From the IMG/VR virus record IMGVR_UViG_3300043085_000044: DNA of 64,000 bases; one strand, written 5' to 3'. The DNA is from an uncultured virus (IMG/VR IMGVR_UViG_3300043085_000044) (Duplodnaviria > Heunggongvirae > Uroviricota > Caudoviricetes > Crassvirales). Below are positions 48,301 to 58,000 of the stretch, piece by piece. Below the pieces are notes generated by a model. It did not search any database. It saw only the letters and a program-made list of their open reading frames with translations, and was not told the DNA's origin. Positions within the stretch are counted from its first letter, which is position 1, and each line of letters starts with the position of its first letter. The position numbers were made by a program, and so were the translations under genes.

Positions 48301-49795
48301 TGATGGGTTTACCTATGATGTAGTTACTAATGAGTATACCAGTGCAAGTGGAATAGCTAAAACATTTTTCCAAGATAGTCTTCGTGATGCAATGCAATAC
48401 CCATACTTATGGATAGGCGAACTTTACAGAGATGATGTAAACACAAGTTTTGGTGGAGATTCAGAGTCAGCAATGATTTATAATAACATCTGGATTCCAG
48501 CATCAGACTCAACTATAATTGGTACATATGGATTCACAGTTCCTTTTGAGTATGGAGATACTTACTACCAGAGATATGACTGTATGAAAACTTACCCATC
48601 ATCTTCCGAGGATACTAATTCATTAGTTGAGATAGGTAGCTTCATGTGTGAAACCAGAATCAATCTTGATGGTAGGTGTGATATTAATAGAGGAGCTAAT
48701 TCAAATATTGACATGTCACCTACCAACTTCAATATAATGAATGATGTTTATTCTCAGCAGGATAATTTCTTCACTTACAGGATGATGGATTCTGACTATT
48801 ATAAGCAGGTTAAATATCCTAATCAGGTTGTATTTACTAAGGAAAAAGCTAATGCCTCAGAGGTTGATACATGGACAAATTTGACCCTCACAAGCTCTTT
48901 AGACCTTGATGGTAGTAAAGGTACCCTTACATCATTAAATACCTGTGTAGACTCTCTAATAGCCTTACAGGAGAAAGCTGTGAGCCTTATTAACTTTAAC
49001 TCAAGGGTTCAGATTCCAACAGCAGATAATGTGCCTATTGAGATTTCCAACAACTACAAGGTTGATGGTTATAGATTCATTAGTGACCAAGTAGGATGTC
49101 AGAATAAATTGTCAGTATGCAAAACTCCTATGGGTATTTACTTTATTGATAATATCAACAAGGGTATTTATAGATTCAATTCTGAGGGCCTCTCAGAGCT
49201 TTCTACTACTTCTGGGGTGAACTTCTGGGTTAGAGAAAATGAGGCTGTTAAAACGTACTATGATAGCATTTATAAGGATATATACTTTACAGTTGATTCT
49301 TATGACACCTGTCAGACATTAGGATATTCTGAGCTTACTGGTACATTTGTATCTAAGTATTCTTATGATGGAGTAGATGCAATGTTTAATTTCAATGATA
49401 AATTCTACAGTTATTATAAGGGTAACATTTGGGAGATGTTCACTAAGAATGATACTAATATATTTGGTGAACTCAGGAATAATAAGTTGACTTTTGTGGC
49501 TAATGAGAATCCGCTTTATACTAAGATTTTTGATACTATTGAACTTAAAACAGATATCTTTGGAGAATCAGGAGTAACTCATGCTAAGCCATTCTCTGAG
49601 ATTTGGGCCAAGAATGAATATCAAGAAAGTGCTATTGGTTCAGATTTCAAATATAAATTCAGGATTTGGAGAGGACTAATACCACGCGCTCCTAAGATGC
49701 AGAGGATAAGAAATCCCTGGACTTTCATAACTCTTAACAGGAAAGATGAAGGTAGGCTTGTTCTACATGATTTAAGTGTGAAATACACATACTAA
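45398..49795 (+). CDS. Tail stabilisation/muzzle protein (P22 gp10-like)
   Basis: 1465 aa; VYWVDGRNQPRVINI, YGDTYYQRYDCMKT, RIRNPW. Confidence 0.75.
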   Translation: MFGQEAHVFQGLKRDVSPIRQEASFLWDAENIRVTDRGDGTATSITSEKGNTKIDLQVGDKLLGHCLVGEYLVLFVKNTNDEIIRIDSKGNQVTLYSGDLNFHEDYPIETLGVHEAELVQKVYWVDGRNQPRVINITKRELTGNDDCYSGTAPFDFVSTLELDEIIDVERLPLGGTFAPGIIQYAFTYYNKYGQESNIFYITPQIYISDSERGSKPEEVCANSFNITMTGLDNFDFIRIYAIHRSSLGAEPTVRLVTDLSIDTEVSYIDNGVTGESVDPTQLLYMGGEQIIASTMAAKDGTLFLGNIETIRRSIPEDIKAQLLEDSESHLSTTFESIELPKTSIGTYYSYYHQLTNQKISYFKAGEHYRLGLQFQHESGQWSEPVVIHKDYTIPTTAFLDYSDEEDEEDGGNVDLSGNHKPKSGSTSYSSVSVLPNRPSIDGNILTIPRLQYKRHIKAEIGQRLRKLGYKKVRTVVVFPTNERKIVAQGILCPTVFNYKDRKDDNIYAQSSWIFRPSYPEIEYENELDKSSLGEAAAEFRHFHALPRNWYRNAEIQCNDAIADYINYKDNITYNTIEGKTGEDEFLIDQNIVTFHSPDIQFNTEFAAGSRDGLKLRIVGSVPFSSSISDISISTSTPAYNSEALGVIEKQYGVNTAVYPSRNACRIISGSYFRDALIKKGSNSKPEQPNNYTNNNYLTYMWHRTGSLNSDYNRGDENGSRSAVLKHKVISNLLFSSDTEWINNFFEYNISTPQYWGDTTSSVKIDGKFYSANVDTMIARESSYQIRFLDESKASAMGNKYYSYKNDSDYTNFTSNEPIRMKYQSCPHSVFRLESTESGVVNILPRYSNTPQSEVTSYVSNWNDDATQFYFCGDTIIGLYQPGNDSTKLSSKHKGLEFDDELGIVYIYEFSSYSSDRTTAGDEGVIAKKSEQNGYYGSSLIGTTIKYNKLLTDGGGIAYIRLTGKGPNNDGFTYDVVTNEYTSASGIAKTFFQDSLRDAMQYPYLWIGELYRDDVNTSFGGDSESAMIYNNIWIPASDSTIIGTYGFTVPFEYGDTYYQRYDCMKTYPSSSEDTNSLVEIGSFMCETRINLDGRCDINRGANSNIDMSPTNFNIMNDVYSQQDNFFTYRMMDSDYYKQVKYPNQVVFTKEKANASEVDTWTNLTLTSSLDLDGSKGTLTSLNTCVDSLIALQEKAVSLINFNSRVQIPTADNVPIEISNNYKVDGYRFISDQVGCQNKLSVCKTPMGIYFIDNINKGIYRFNSEGLSELSTTSGVNFWVRENEAVKTYYDSIYKDIYFTVDSYDTCQTLGYSELTGTFVSKYSYDGVDAMFNFNDKFYSYYKGNIWEMFTKNDTNIFGELRNNKLTFVANENPLYTKIFDTIELKTDIFGESGVTHAKPFSEIWAKNEYQESAIGSDFKYKFRIWRGLIPRAPKMQRIRNPWTFITLNRKDEGRLVLHDLSVKYTY

Positions 49796-49796
49796 G

Positions 49797-49834
49797 ATAA
49801 AGGCATAGGGGTTTCCTTATGCCTTTGTTATTTT
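49797..49834 (+). terminator. Intrinsic terminator
   Basis: aaaggcata(g)gg / ccttatgccttt stem plus T-rich tail. Confidence 0.7.
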
Positions 49835-49846
49835 CGTAGTTAGTGG

Positions 49847-49878
49847 TTTGTTCAGGTGAAATAAAATATTTAATTTTG
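49847..49878 (+). promoter_or_regulatory. Bacteroidota-type promoter of the cargo genes
   Basis: TTTG at 49847-49850, 20-nt spacer, TAATTTTG at 49871-49878. Confidence 0.65.
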
Positions 49879-49896
49879 TATCAAAATAATATTATT

Positions 49897-52800
49897 ATGA
49901 ATATATTTCAAACTGGTTTTAATGACCTAAAAAATAATTTAAAGACTGGATGGGGAGATTTCAAGCAAGGAAAATCTTCTCCTGTATTCAGTGGCTTAGG
50001 TTCTGCCGTAGGGAATATAGCAGGTAGTGCAATAAGTGGAGGCAAAACTTTTGCTGGAAGCGGTGTATTTGATGCTGTATCTCAAATAGGTTCTATGCTT
50101 CCTGGCCCTATGGGGATGGCAGTTGGAGCAGGAGCTAAGATTCTTGGTGGAGTAGCCAATGCTGCTTTTGGTTCTAAGTACAATGATGCTAAAATAGCTG
50201 AGATAGAGGATAATATCGCAGCTCTAAATAACTTTCAGTCAAATGCAAGCAGCTTTGATGAAATGACTTCTAATTGGCTTAATGCAACACAAGGAATGGG
50301 ATTCACTAAGAGTGATGTAGGTTCTGATGGTTGGCTTGCTAATGGAGTTAAGAAGAAGTTTAATTCACTCTCAGACCAACAAGCTAAAGGTGTTGCATGG
50401 GTGAACAATTCTTTATTTAATAACCTTGGAAATATTAAAGATTCCTATATGTCAGGATTAAGACAAAACTCCTATGAATATGGCGGTATTGTAGGTACTA
50501 ATGGTGGCCTATTCAGCAATGGGCTTATATTCATAGATGAAGGTGGTACTCACGCTGAAAACCCTCTTGGTGGTGTTCCTGTTGGAATGGGTGCTAATGG
50601 TAAACCTAATCTATTTGAGGAGGGTGAAGCTATTCTCGATGGTCAATATTCATTCAGTAAGACAGGTTTATTCCTGAATCCTAAGGATGCTAAAACTTTA
50701 GGTCTTAGCGGTAGAATGTCTTTTGCTGATGCAGCTAAGAAGCTCGGCAAAGAATCAGAGGAAAGACCTAATGACCCTATATCAATGGAGTCATTCAGAG
50801 ATGCACTTGGTAAACTTGCTGGTTTTCAAGAGCAAGAAAGAGCTAAGAAAGAAGCAAAGCAAGGTAGGCAAGTTCAAGATGCTAATATGTTTGACGATGC
50901 AGGTGTTGTAGGTGGCCTCAAAAATGTAACAACACCACTTGGATATACAGATTATCTTAATTCAAGGATGCAGTCAATAGCTATGGGTAAGCCTATACCT
51001 GGATTTGAGCAGCCACAATATGAGGATTTACCTATCAATGGCCTTATTGATTATCTATCTGAAATTCCAAGTACAGCAAGTGAAGCATACCCAGAGTGGA
51101 CTACTCCAGTAAGAGGTGGTGGAACTTTTGTTCCTAAGAGTCCAATGTTTAAAATGGTGAATGGTATGCCAATGTTTAAAACTGGAGCAGATTTTGATGA
51201 TTATAAAATTCCATCATTATTACAACCTATTGAGGCTCCTGAAGAGAAATCTAAAAAAGATAATGAATGGTTTGACCAAAAAGACGTGTACGACAAACTT
51301 GTTGCAGAATTTGGGGAAGTGCAAGGCGGAAGGTATTTCCATAATTATATGATGTCATTATACAAAGAGGCAACTGACTCAGCAAAAGCTGACTCAATAA
51401 GGGCAGCCAACCCACTATTAACAAAGGAACAACTTGACTCATTGACTAATCATGTAAATCGTCAGTACTATGAGGCTATAGCGAGAGCTGACCAACGCAT
51501 TAGGGAGCATGATTCAAGAGACACAACCTCTACACAGTCAAATACAGTTATTCGAGATACCGTTAAAACCTCTACACAGCCAGCTGTAGTAACAGATACA
51601 GCTAGAAGGCAAAATAAACCAGCTGTAACAACTGATAGTGTCAGGACTACAAATACGCCAACTGCAACAACAGATAGTGCTACAAGGCAAAGAGGTCAAA
51701 CAGTTTCAACTGACACAGTTAGGAGGCAAAGCAATCCAACAGTTTCAACTCAGAATGTAGCTGATACTACAACTACTACAGGTAGGCCAAAAGTTCAAAC
51801 ATCTACTGGTGCTGATTCCACAACAACTGTTTCTCAGCCTAATGTTCAAACAAGAACTAATAACACAGCCTCGGCTACTACAACTGGAACTACTGGTACA
51901 ACAAGTAATTCAACATCTACTACATCGAGAACTAATAAGGCTACTTCAACAAGCACAAGCAATATTGGTCAGCCAGGCGACACTGATGCTCAGGCAGCAG
52001 CTAATATTGCAGAGTGGAACAAGGAGAATGCAGAGAAGAAAGCAGCGAGAAACAATGCCTCAAGAGCACAAGCTAAAGCTGGCAATACTGCAACAACTAA
52101 TAGAACTGTTATTTCAGAGCCTGATGAAGCTGAAGTTCAGAAAGCTGTAGCAACACAAACTCCTATTGTTTCTGTCCCTACAACTGAGTCTATAACATCA
52201 GGAGAGGGAACTAAAGAAGATAATAGCTGGTTCAGTGCAGACAACCTTATGAATATGGGTGTAGTTGGTTCTGGATTACAGGCTTTAACTGATACACTTG
52301 GATTAACCAATAAAGCTGATTATAGTGATGCTGACAGGCTTATTAATGCTGCAAGGGGTTATACTCCATCTCAGGTTAGTTTCACGCCTATAACTCAAAG
52401 AATGAATCCGAGTTTTGTAGATACAAGAGGTATTGCTAACTCACTTATCAATACTGGTAATGCAGGAGTAAGGGCCTTGAGGAACTCAGGATTAAGTAGA
52501 GGTCAATTAGCAGGTTCATTATTGTCAAGCAATTTCAATCTGACTAATTCTCTTGGTAAAGCGTATATGGATGGTATGCAGCAACAAAGGGCTTTAGATG
52601 GTACTATTTTGAATTTTAATAGGGAAACTGATAAGTTTAATAGTGAAGGCGCTTATAGGGCTAATGCAGCTAATGCAGCCGCAAGACAGGCAGCATTTGG
52701 ACAATATATGAGTGGTTTATCTTCAGCATTAGGAATGAGGACAGCAGAAAGAAATGCAATAGACACAGCTAAATCAGCCAACCTCTCAGGCTTCTTGAAT

Positions 52801-52920
52801 AATCTACAGAATTTAGGTTTATCCAAATATAGGATTGACAAAGCTGACTCTAATCAGGCCTTACTGTATGGCTCTAATGGTTATAAAGGTTTCAATGGTA
52901 AAGACGAAATAAATGGATAA
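49897..52920 (+). CDS. Probable ejected cargo protein 1
   Basis: Gly-rich hydrophobic N-terminus, GGTHAENPLGGVP motif, Thr-rich low-complexity middle; follows the muzzle gene; ATG at 49897. Confidence 0.6.
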   Translation: MNIFQTGFNDLKNNLKTGWGDFKQGKSSPVFSGLGSAVGNIAGSAISGGKTFAGSGVFDAVSQIGSMLPGPMGMAVGAGAKILGGVANAAFGSKYNDAKIAEIEDNIAALNNFQSNASSFDEMTSNWLNATQGMGFTKSDVGSDGWLANGVKKKFNSLSDQQAKGVAWVNNSLFNNLGNIKDSYMSGLRQNSYEYGGIVGTNGGLFSNGLIFIDEGGTHAENPLGGVPVGMGANGKPNLFEEGEAILDGQYSFSKTGLFLNPKDAKTLGLSGRMSFADAAKKLGKESEERPNDPISMESFRDALGKLAGFQEQERAKKEAKQGRQVQDANMFDDAGVVGGLKNVTTPLGYTDYLNSRMQSIAMGKPIPGFEQPQYEDLPINGLIDYLSEIPSTASEAYPEWTTPVRGGGTFVPKSPMFKMVNGMPMFKTGADFDDYKIPSLLQPIEAPEEKSKKDNEWFDQKDVYDKLVAEFGEVQGGRYFHNYMMSLYKEATDSAKADSIRAANPLLTKEQLDSLTNHVNRQYYEAIARADQRIREHDSRDTTSTQSNTVIRDTVKTSTQPAVVTDTARRQNKPAVTTDSVRTTNTPTATTDSATRQRGQTVSTDTVRRQSNPTVSTQNVADTTTTTGRPKVQTSTGADSTTTVSQPNVQTRTNNTASATTTGTTGTTSNSTSTTSRTNKATSTSTSNIGQPGDTDAQAAANIAEWNKENAEKKAARNNASRAQAKAGNTATTNRTVISEPDEAEVQKAVATQTPIVSVPTTESITSGEGTKEDNSWFSADNLMNMGVVGSGLQALTDTLGLTNKADYSDADRLINAARGYTPSQVSFTPITQRMNPSFVDTRGIANSLINTGNAGVRALRNSGLSRGQLAGSLLSSNFNLTNSLGKAYMDGMQQQRALDGTILNFNRETDKFNSEGAYRANAANAAARQAAFGQYMSGLSSALGMRTAERNAIDTAKSANLSGFLNNLQNLGLSKYRIDKADSNQALLYGSNGYKGFNGKDEING
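51553..51747 (+). repeat. Degenerate 13-aa (39-nt) tandem repeat, about 5 units
   Basis: DTVKTSTQPAVVT / DTARRQNKPAVTT / DSVRTTNTPTATT / DSATRQRGQTVST / DTVRRQSNPTVST. Confidence 0.75.
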
Positions 52921-52922
52921 CT

Positions 52923-55055
52923 ATGGCAAGAACGCTAAGTGTAGTATATAATCCTCTATCCTTTGAGGAAGTTAATCAGCCGCTGATGATGCAGACTCAA
53001 GCTCATTATGATATGCTTGATAAGTATGCAGCTCAGATGGAGAAAGGAATCCAGCTTGCCAAACTTGGCTATAATCCTGAGGATGCAGAGTATGCTGCTG
53101 TGTATCAGGGTTATATTGATGGAATGAAAAATAGTATAGACTTATTAAATAAAAATGGATTAAGCCCAAATATAATCAATGGGTTAATGAATGCAAAAAG
53201 GTCTTATGCAACTGAAATAGCTCCAATGGAACAGGCTTTCGCAGAAAGAGAAAGACAGGCTAAATTACAGCAAGAATTAAGGCTTAAAGACCCAACATTA
53301 TTCTTTGAGAATGACGCAGGTAGCACAGCTCTAAAGAATTATATGACTGGTAATTTTGACGCATTAAAGAATAATTATTCAGGCAATGCGCTCAAAGCAA
53401 CTGTTGCTGAGGCTATGACAAATCTTAAAAAGGGACTTGAATCTATGTCTGTTGATGGGAATCTGGATGAGTTTAATAAGCTTGTTGTTTCAAGGTCTGG
53501 ATATACCCCGGAAGAAGTTCTTGCAGCTATGAATGGAGATACCTCTGTTGATTCAACAAGGATAATGAACTCAATTATTGATTCCACAATTGAAGCTTCT
53601 GGTATGACCGGGTGGTCAAATTATGATGATATTAAAGATAGAGCCAGAGCTAAAGCCGCTGAGGGATTGTATTATGGTGTTGGCGACACTAAGTACAACA
53701 CAATTGCAAATGAACGAGCTAAAGCTGCTCTTACTTGGCAATACAAGCAAGAAGAAATGGCTCTTAGTCATGAGTACAGCCTTGCTGCTAAACAAGCTGA
53801 ATATGACCTCAAGAGGTATAATGATATGGTTGAAAAGGGAATTGAGAATGGAACTCTGACCATGGATAAGAATGGCAATATTATTCCAGTAACTAATGCT
53901 AATGGTACTGCTAAGGTTGAGAGGATTGAAACTAAAACACCTTTTAACCCTCAAATACTACTTGCTGATGGCCCAGGATTAGTTGATTTAGACCTTCGGA
54001 GAGTTGCTCTTGAAATGGGATTTGAGCCTATTGAAGACCTTAAAGCTAAAGTTGCAAGAGGTCAAACCAGTGGGTATAAATACCTATTAGATAGAGCAGA
54101 CCCAATATTAAGAAGGGATAATAATCATGCTTTCTTCGATGAGAATGGGTGGTTTAAATCTCCTGAAGTCTACTCTGATGCAGTCAAAAAAGCGTATGCA
54201 GGAGGTTACAACCACCAGGGTAAGAGATGGAATATTGTTGCTAAAGAGAATTACGATAGAATTACTGGTTATATTGATACTGCTGCATGGAAGCCAGCAG
54301 AATACAAGACTTGGTTTAATCATATAATGAAAACCCCTGAAGGAGAAAAGTTGAAACAGTTTGCATCTGAGAGTAATGTATCATTGGAAACTGCTGCAAG
54401 GGCATTATATAATGACCCAACATACTATGGTAAATATAACGTGAATGCATTATCTACTCAGATTGGGCAGTTGGCTATTGACAAAACTGATGCTCCTGCA
54501 AATAAGATTCAAGTTCAAGCTATATCATTTGGAGAAACTGAGGACAAGAACGCCGCAAATAGAATTTTAAATACAAATTCTGATGGTAGTGGTACTCTTA
54601 CGCTGCATAAGTTAAAGAGGGTAGATAAGGATGGCAAGCTGGTTGTAGACCCGAAGAATATAAAATTGGATGATTACTATGATGAAAATGGCAATTTCAA
54701 GTATACTCCAACATTCTATTATTCATACACTGACGATGTTGTCATTATTCAGTTAGGTAAAGATAGGCTTGTAGTTCCATATTCAAAACTTGGAGCTGCC
54801 GCTCAAAATGAGATTCCAATACTGAGGTCTACTCTGCATCAAGCTATATCTGCAAGGAATGGCTCTTTTGCAAAGAGTAAGATGAATGAGACTGATTTCA
54901 GCAATACTAATGAGGGTATAACTTTTGCTAATGCAATAGACCAAGCTAATAGCAACTTGTATGACGCTATTGCTACAGGTATTCATCCGCCTAAAACTGA
55001 AATTTCGCCCTACTCTATTGAGACTCATAAAAAAGAAACAAGTAAGAAAAAATAA
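52923..55055 (+). CDS. Probable cargo protein 2
   Basis: 710 aa; YNPLSFEE N-terminus; gene order. Confidence 0.55.
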   Translation: MARTLSVVYNPLSFEEVNQPLMMQTQAHYDMLDKYAAQMEKGIQLAKLGYNPEDAEYAAVYQGYIDGMKNSIDLLNKNGLSPNIINGLMNAKRSYATEIAPMEQAFAERERQAKLQQELRLKDPTLFFENDAGSTALKNYMTGNFDALKNNYSGNALKATVAEAMTNLKKGLESMSVDGNLDEFNKLVVSRSGYTPEEVLAAMNGDTSVDSTRIMNSIIDSTIEASGMTGWSNYDDIKDRARAKAAEGLYYGVGDTKYNTIANERAKAALTWQYKQEEMALSHEYSLAAKQAEYDLKRYNDMVEKGIENGTLTMDKNGNIIPVTNANGTAKVERIETKTPFNPQILLADGPGLVDLDLRRVALEMGFEPIEDLKAKVARGQTSGYKYLLDRADPILRRDNNHAFFDENGWFKSPEVYSDAVKKAYAGGYNHQGKRWNIVAKENYDRITGYIDTAAWKPAEYKTWFNHIMKTPEGEKLKQFASESNVSLETAARALYNDPTYYGKYNVNALSTQIGQLAIDKTDAPANKIQVQAISFGETEDKNAANRILNTNSDGSGTLTLHKLKRVDKDGKLVVDPKNIKLDDYYDENGNFKYTPTFYYSYTDDVVIIQLGKDRLVVPYSKLGAAAQNEIPILRSTLHQAISARNGSFAKSKMNETDFSNTNEGITFANAIDQANSNLYDAIATGIHPPKTEISPYSIETHKKETSKKK

Positions 55056-55058
55056 TTT

Positions 55059-58000
55059 ATGGCTATAAATCCTACGCAAAACGGCACCCAGCCCCTTAAA
55101 GGGGTTAGGGGTGCTGATTTATATAATGCAGTATATGGAGGTAATACATATGCCCCTAAAACAGAAGATGAGGTAGAAGCATACAACCTGTACCAAACTA
55201 CTAAGGCTATGCAGGGTAAGAAGCTTGGTTCAGCTACTCTTACTCAAATAGGTAATGACCCAACTACTCCAGAAAAAGCAAGAATAGATTTTGGCAAATC
55301 ATCTTATGACAAGGGACAAGCCTTTAATTCCGACCAAGAAGATATAACCAATCTTAGAACTGAATCTCAGAACGGATTTTTACAGGTTGCAAATGGAGTT
55401 GGTAAAGGTTTGATTCTTGCAGGAACTACATTTATAGGTGGTACCGTTGGTTTAGCTGCTGGTATTATTCAGTTTGCAGCAAACGGTATTGGAGGACTAA
55501 TTCAAAATGGCAATGGTTCAGGGTTTGATGGTTCTAACTTTTGGAACAACTGTGTTCAGAATGCCCTAACTATTGTTGAAGAATGGTCTGAAAAAGCTAT
55601 GCCTAACTATCAATCTGTTAAAGCTCAAACTGGCCCTTGGTATGAAAATGTATTCACAAGTAACTTTGGTAATTTCCTTGGAGATTCAGTAATTAAGAAT
55701 TTCGGTTTTTCTATTGGTGCATTTTACAGCGGTGGAAAAGTCTTTTCTCCCATGTTGGGCAAAATGACTAAAGCTCTTGGCAAAGGAGTTAAGGCTGGAA
55801 CAAAAGCCGCACAAGTGGCAGAGCAGAAATCATACTGGGTTCAAGCATTAGGAGGCTCTATGCTGTCAGCTTTTGGAGAGGGTTCTATTGAGGCTAAGCA
55901 TGGAGCAAAGGAATTTATATACCAAAATGATAGGGTGGCTGATGAGTCAGCTCAAAGAGAGCTTGCTTATATTGATTCTGATGATTTCTTACAGGATAAA
56001 TTTGCCTCACTTAATGCTGATTATGCTGAAGAATTAAAACTTATTAACAAGGAATATGAGTCATCTCCTAAGGAGTTTACCAAAACAAATGATGGTAGAT
56101 ACATAAATAAAGCAGAATTAATTAGACAGCAGAAAGTCCAAGCCCTTAATCAGAAATATGGAACTGAATTTGCTAATGCCAGAGAGAAAGCAAAAGATGA
56201 GGTTTATAAAAACATAGACCTAACTAAAAAGAAAATCAGAGAGGATGCTACTTCTTTAGGCAATTCTGTACTCTTATGGAACTTAGCTATCCTTACTGGT
56301 TCTAATTACGTTCAGTTTGGTAAGGCTTTTGCTGGAGGATTTAAGCCACAGAAAAAGGCTTCTGATATCCTATATGTAGGTGCAGATGGAAATCCTACCT
56401 CGTTCATTGGGAGAGGCTTTAGAGACGGAACTAAGGAATTTACAGCAAAAGAACTTGAAGAAGGTATTCGCAGGGGAAGTTATGAGGCTATAAAAGATGG
56501 AGTTGTATCAAAGACTTTCAAGAGATACCTCAAGAATCCATTAGCAGAAGGTACTGAGGAGTGGTCTCAAGGCCTTGCTGTAAATGTAAATAAAGATTAT
56601 TATGGCACTGATGTATCAAATTATTATAAGGGCCTTGTAGACCCTAATGCTCAGCAGGAAACTCTTGATTACCTCAATTCTATATACAATGGTGTAGCTA
56701 AAACTGTAGCTGACCCTAATGCTTGGCTTGAATTTACCATAGGTGCTTTCACTGGAGCTATAGGTATTCCTGTGCTTGATAAGGTGAATGGTAAATGGAA
56801 ATTCAAGATGGAGGGAGGTATCAAGGATAACATCAAAGAACACAAGGAAAAAGAGCAAAGAGAACAATACCTTGTTGACAGGATGAATGAGTATCTTGCA
56901 AGGCCTGAAAGTATAGCTATGTTCAGAGGTATGAACAGACACAACTTCTTTCAGAAAGTTATGGATAAGGCTGTTGAGGAAGACGACAATAAAGGCTTTA
57001 AGGATGCTGAATTTGCCCAATTCTTCTCTGATATAACAGCTTTTGATGAAGCAGGTAGACTGCAAGACCTTTTGGATATTATTGAAGTAATTGATGGTGC
57101 TTCTGATGTTACTGCTGAAGATTTACAGGCTATGGTTGAGAATACTACTACAACTATAACTGTAGAGCAACAAAGAGCGGATTTACAAGAACAGATTGAT
57201 GTTCTTACACAATTCTATCAGAAAAATCAGGCTAAAATGTCTGCTGAGGAAGGCGCTGAAATTATAGCAAGAATACAAGAACTTCAAGAAAAGAAAGATA
57301 CTCCTGGAAGATTAGAGCCTATTAGGGCTGGTAGATGGGCAGATGTAGACCTAAATACAGAGGAAGGCCAAAATGAGGTCAGGAAGGGACTAAAGGAGTC
57401 CGCTAATGAAATGCGTAAGGTTATTTCTCAATATCTTGAGTCAAAGAAATGGGTTGAGGATAACTTCCAATGGGCTAAGAAAGACACTGGTGAAGCATTG
57501 CCGAGTGAAAAAGCTAATTATCTTGCTTTCCTAAGAGCGCAAGCTCTCAACTGGGAAGAAAGAATGACTTCTATGGGTGGAGCTATTAAAGAGTTTGTAA
57601 CTGAATATGCTCAAGAATATATCATTAAGGAGTTTGAGGAATCTTATGGTAAGCTCACAGAGGAAGAAATAGCTAATCTTGGTGAATCAGCTAAAAAGGA
57701 TTACAAGGAGAAGAAGAAAGCATATGATAATATGAAGAAACTCCTTACTGAAAAGCCTGATGTTGTTGCTTCTATGATTGCTGACCCAGCTAATGCTTCT
57801 TTTAGAGAATCTCTTATGGAGGTTATGGCGTTTAGACGTAAGGATTACAACCTCAAAGGAAAATCCATTACTGTTGGTGATGCTATAAAGATGATGCAAG
57901 ACCTTGGGTCAATAGGTAAGGCTATTGATAATTTCACTAAGACATTTGATTCTTTCCTTAAAGACCATACTAAGCTCGGTCAGATGATTAAAGAGGCTAA

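Noticed and set aside
51553..51747. CRISPR-like array
   Set aside because: Units are degenerate, in frame and conserved at protein level, with no identical repeats or spacers
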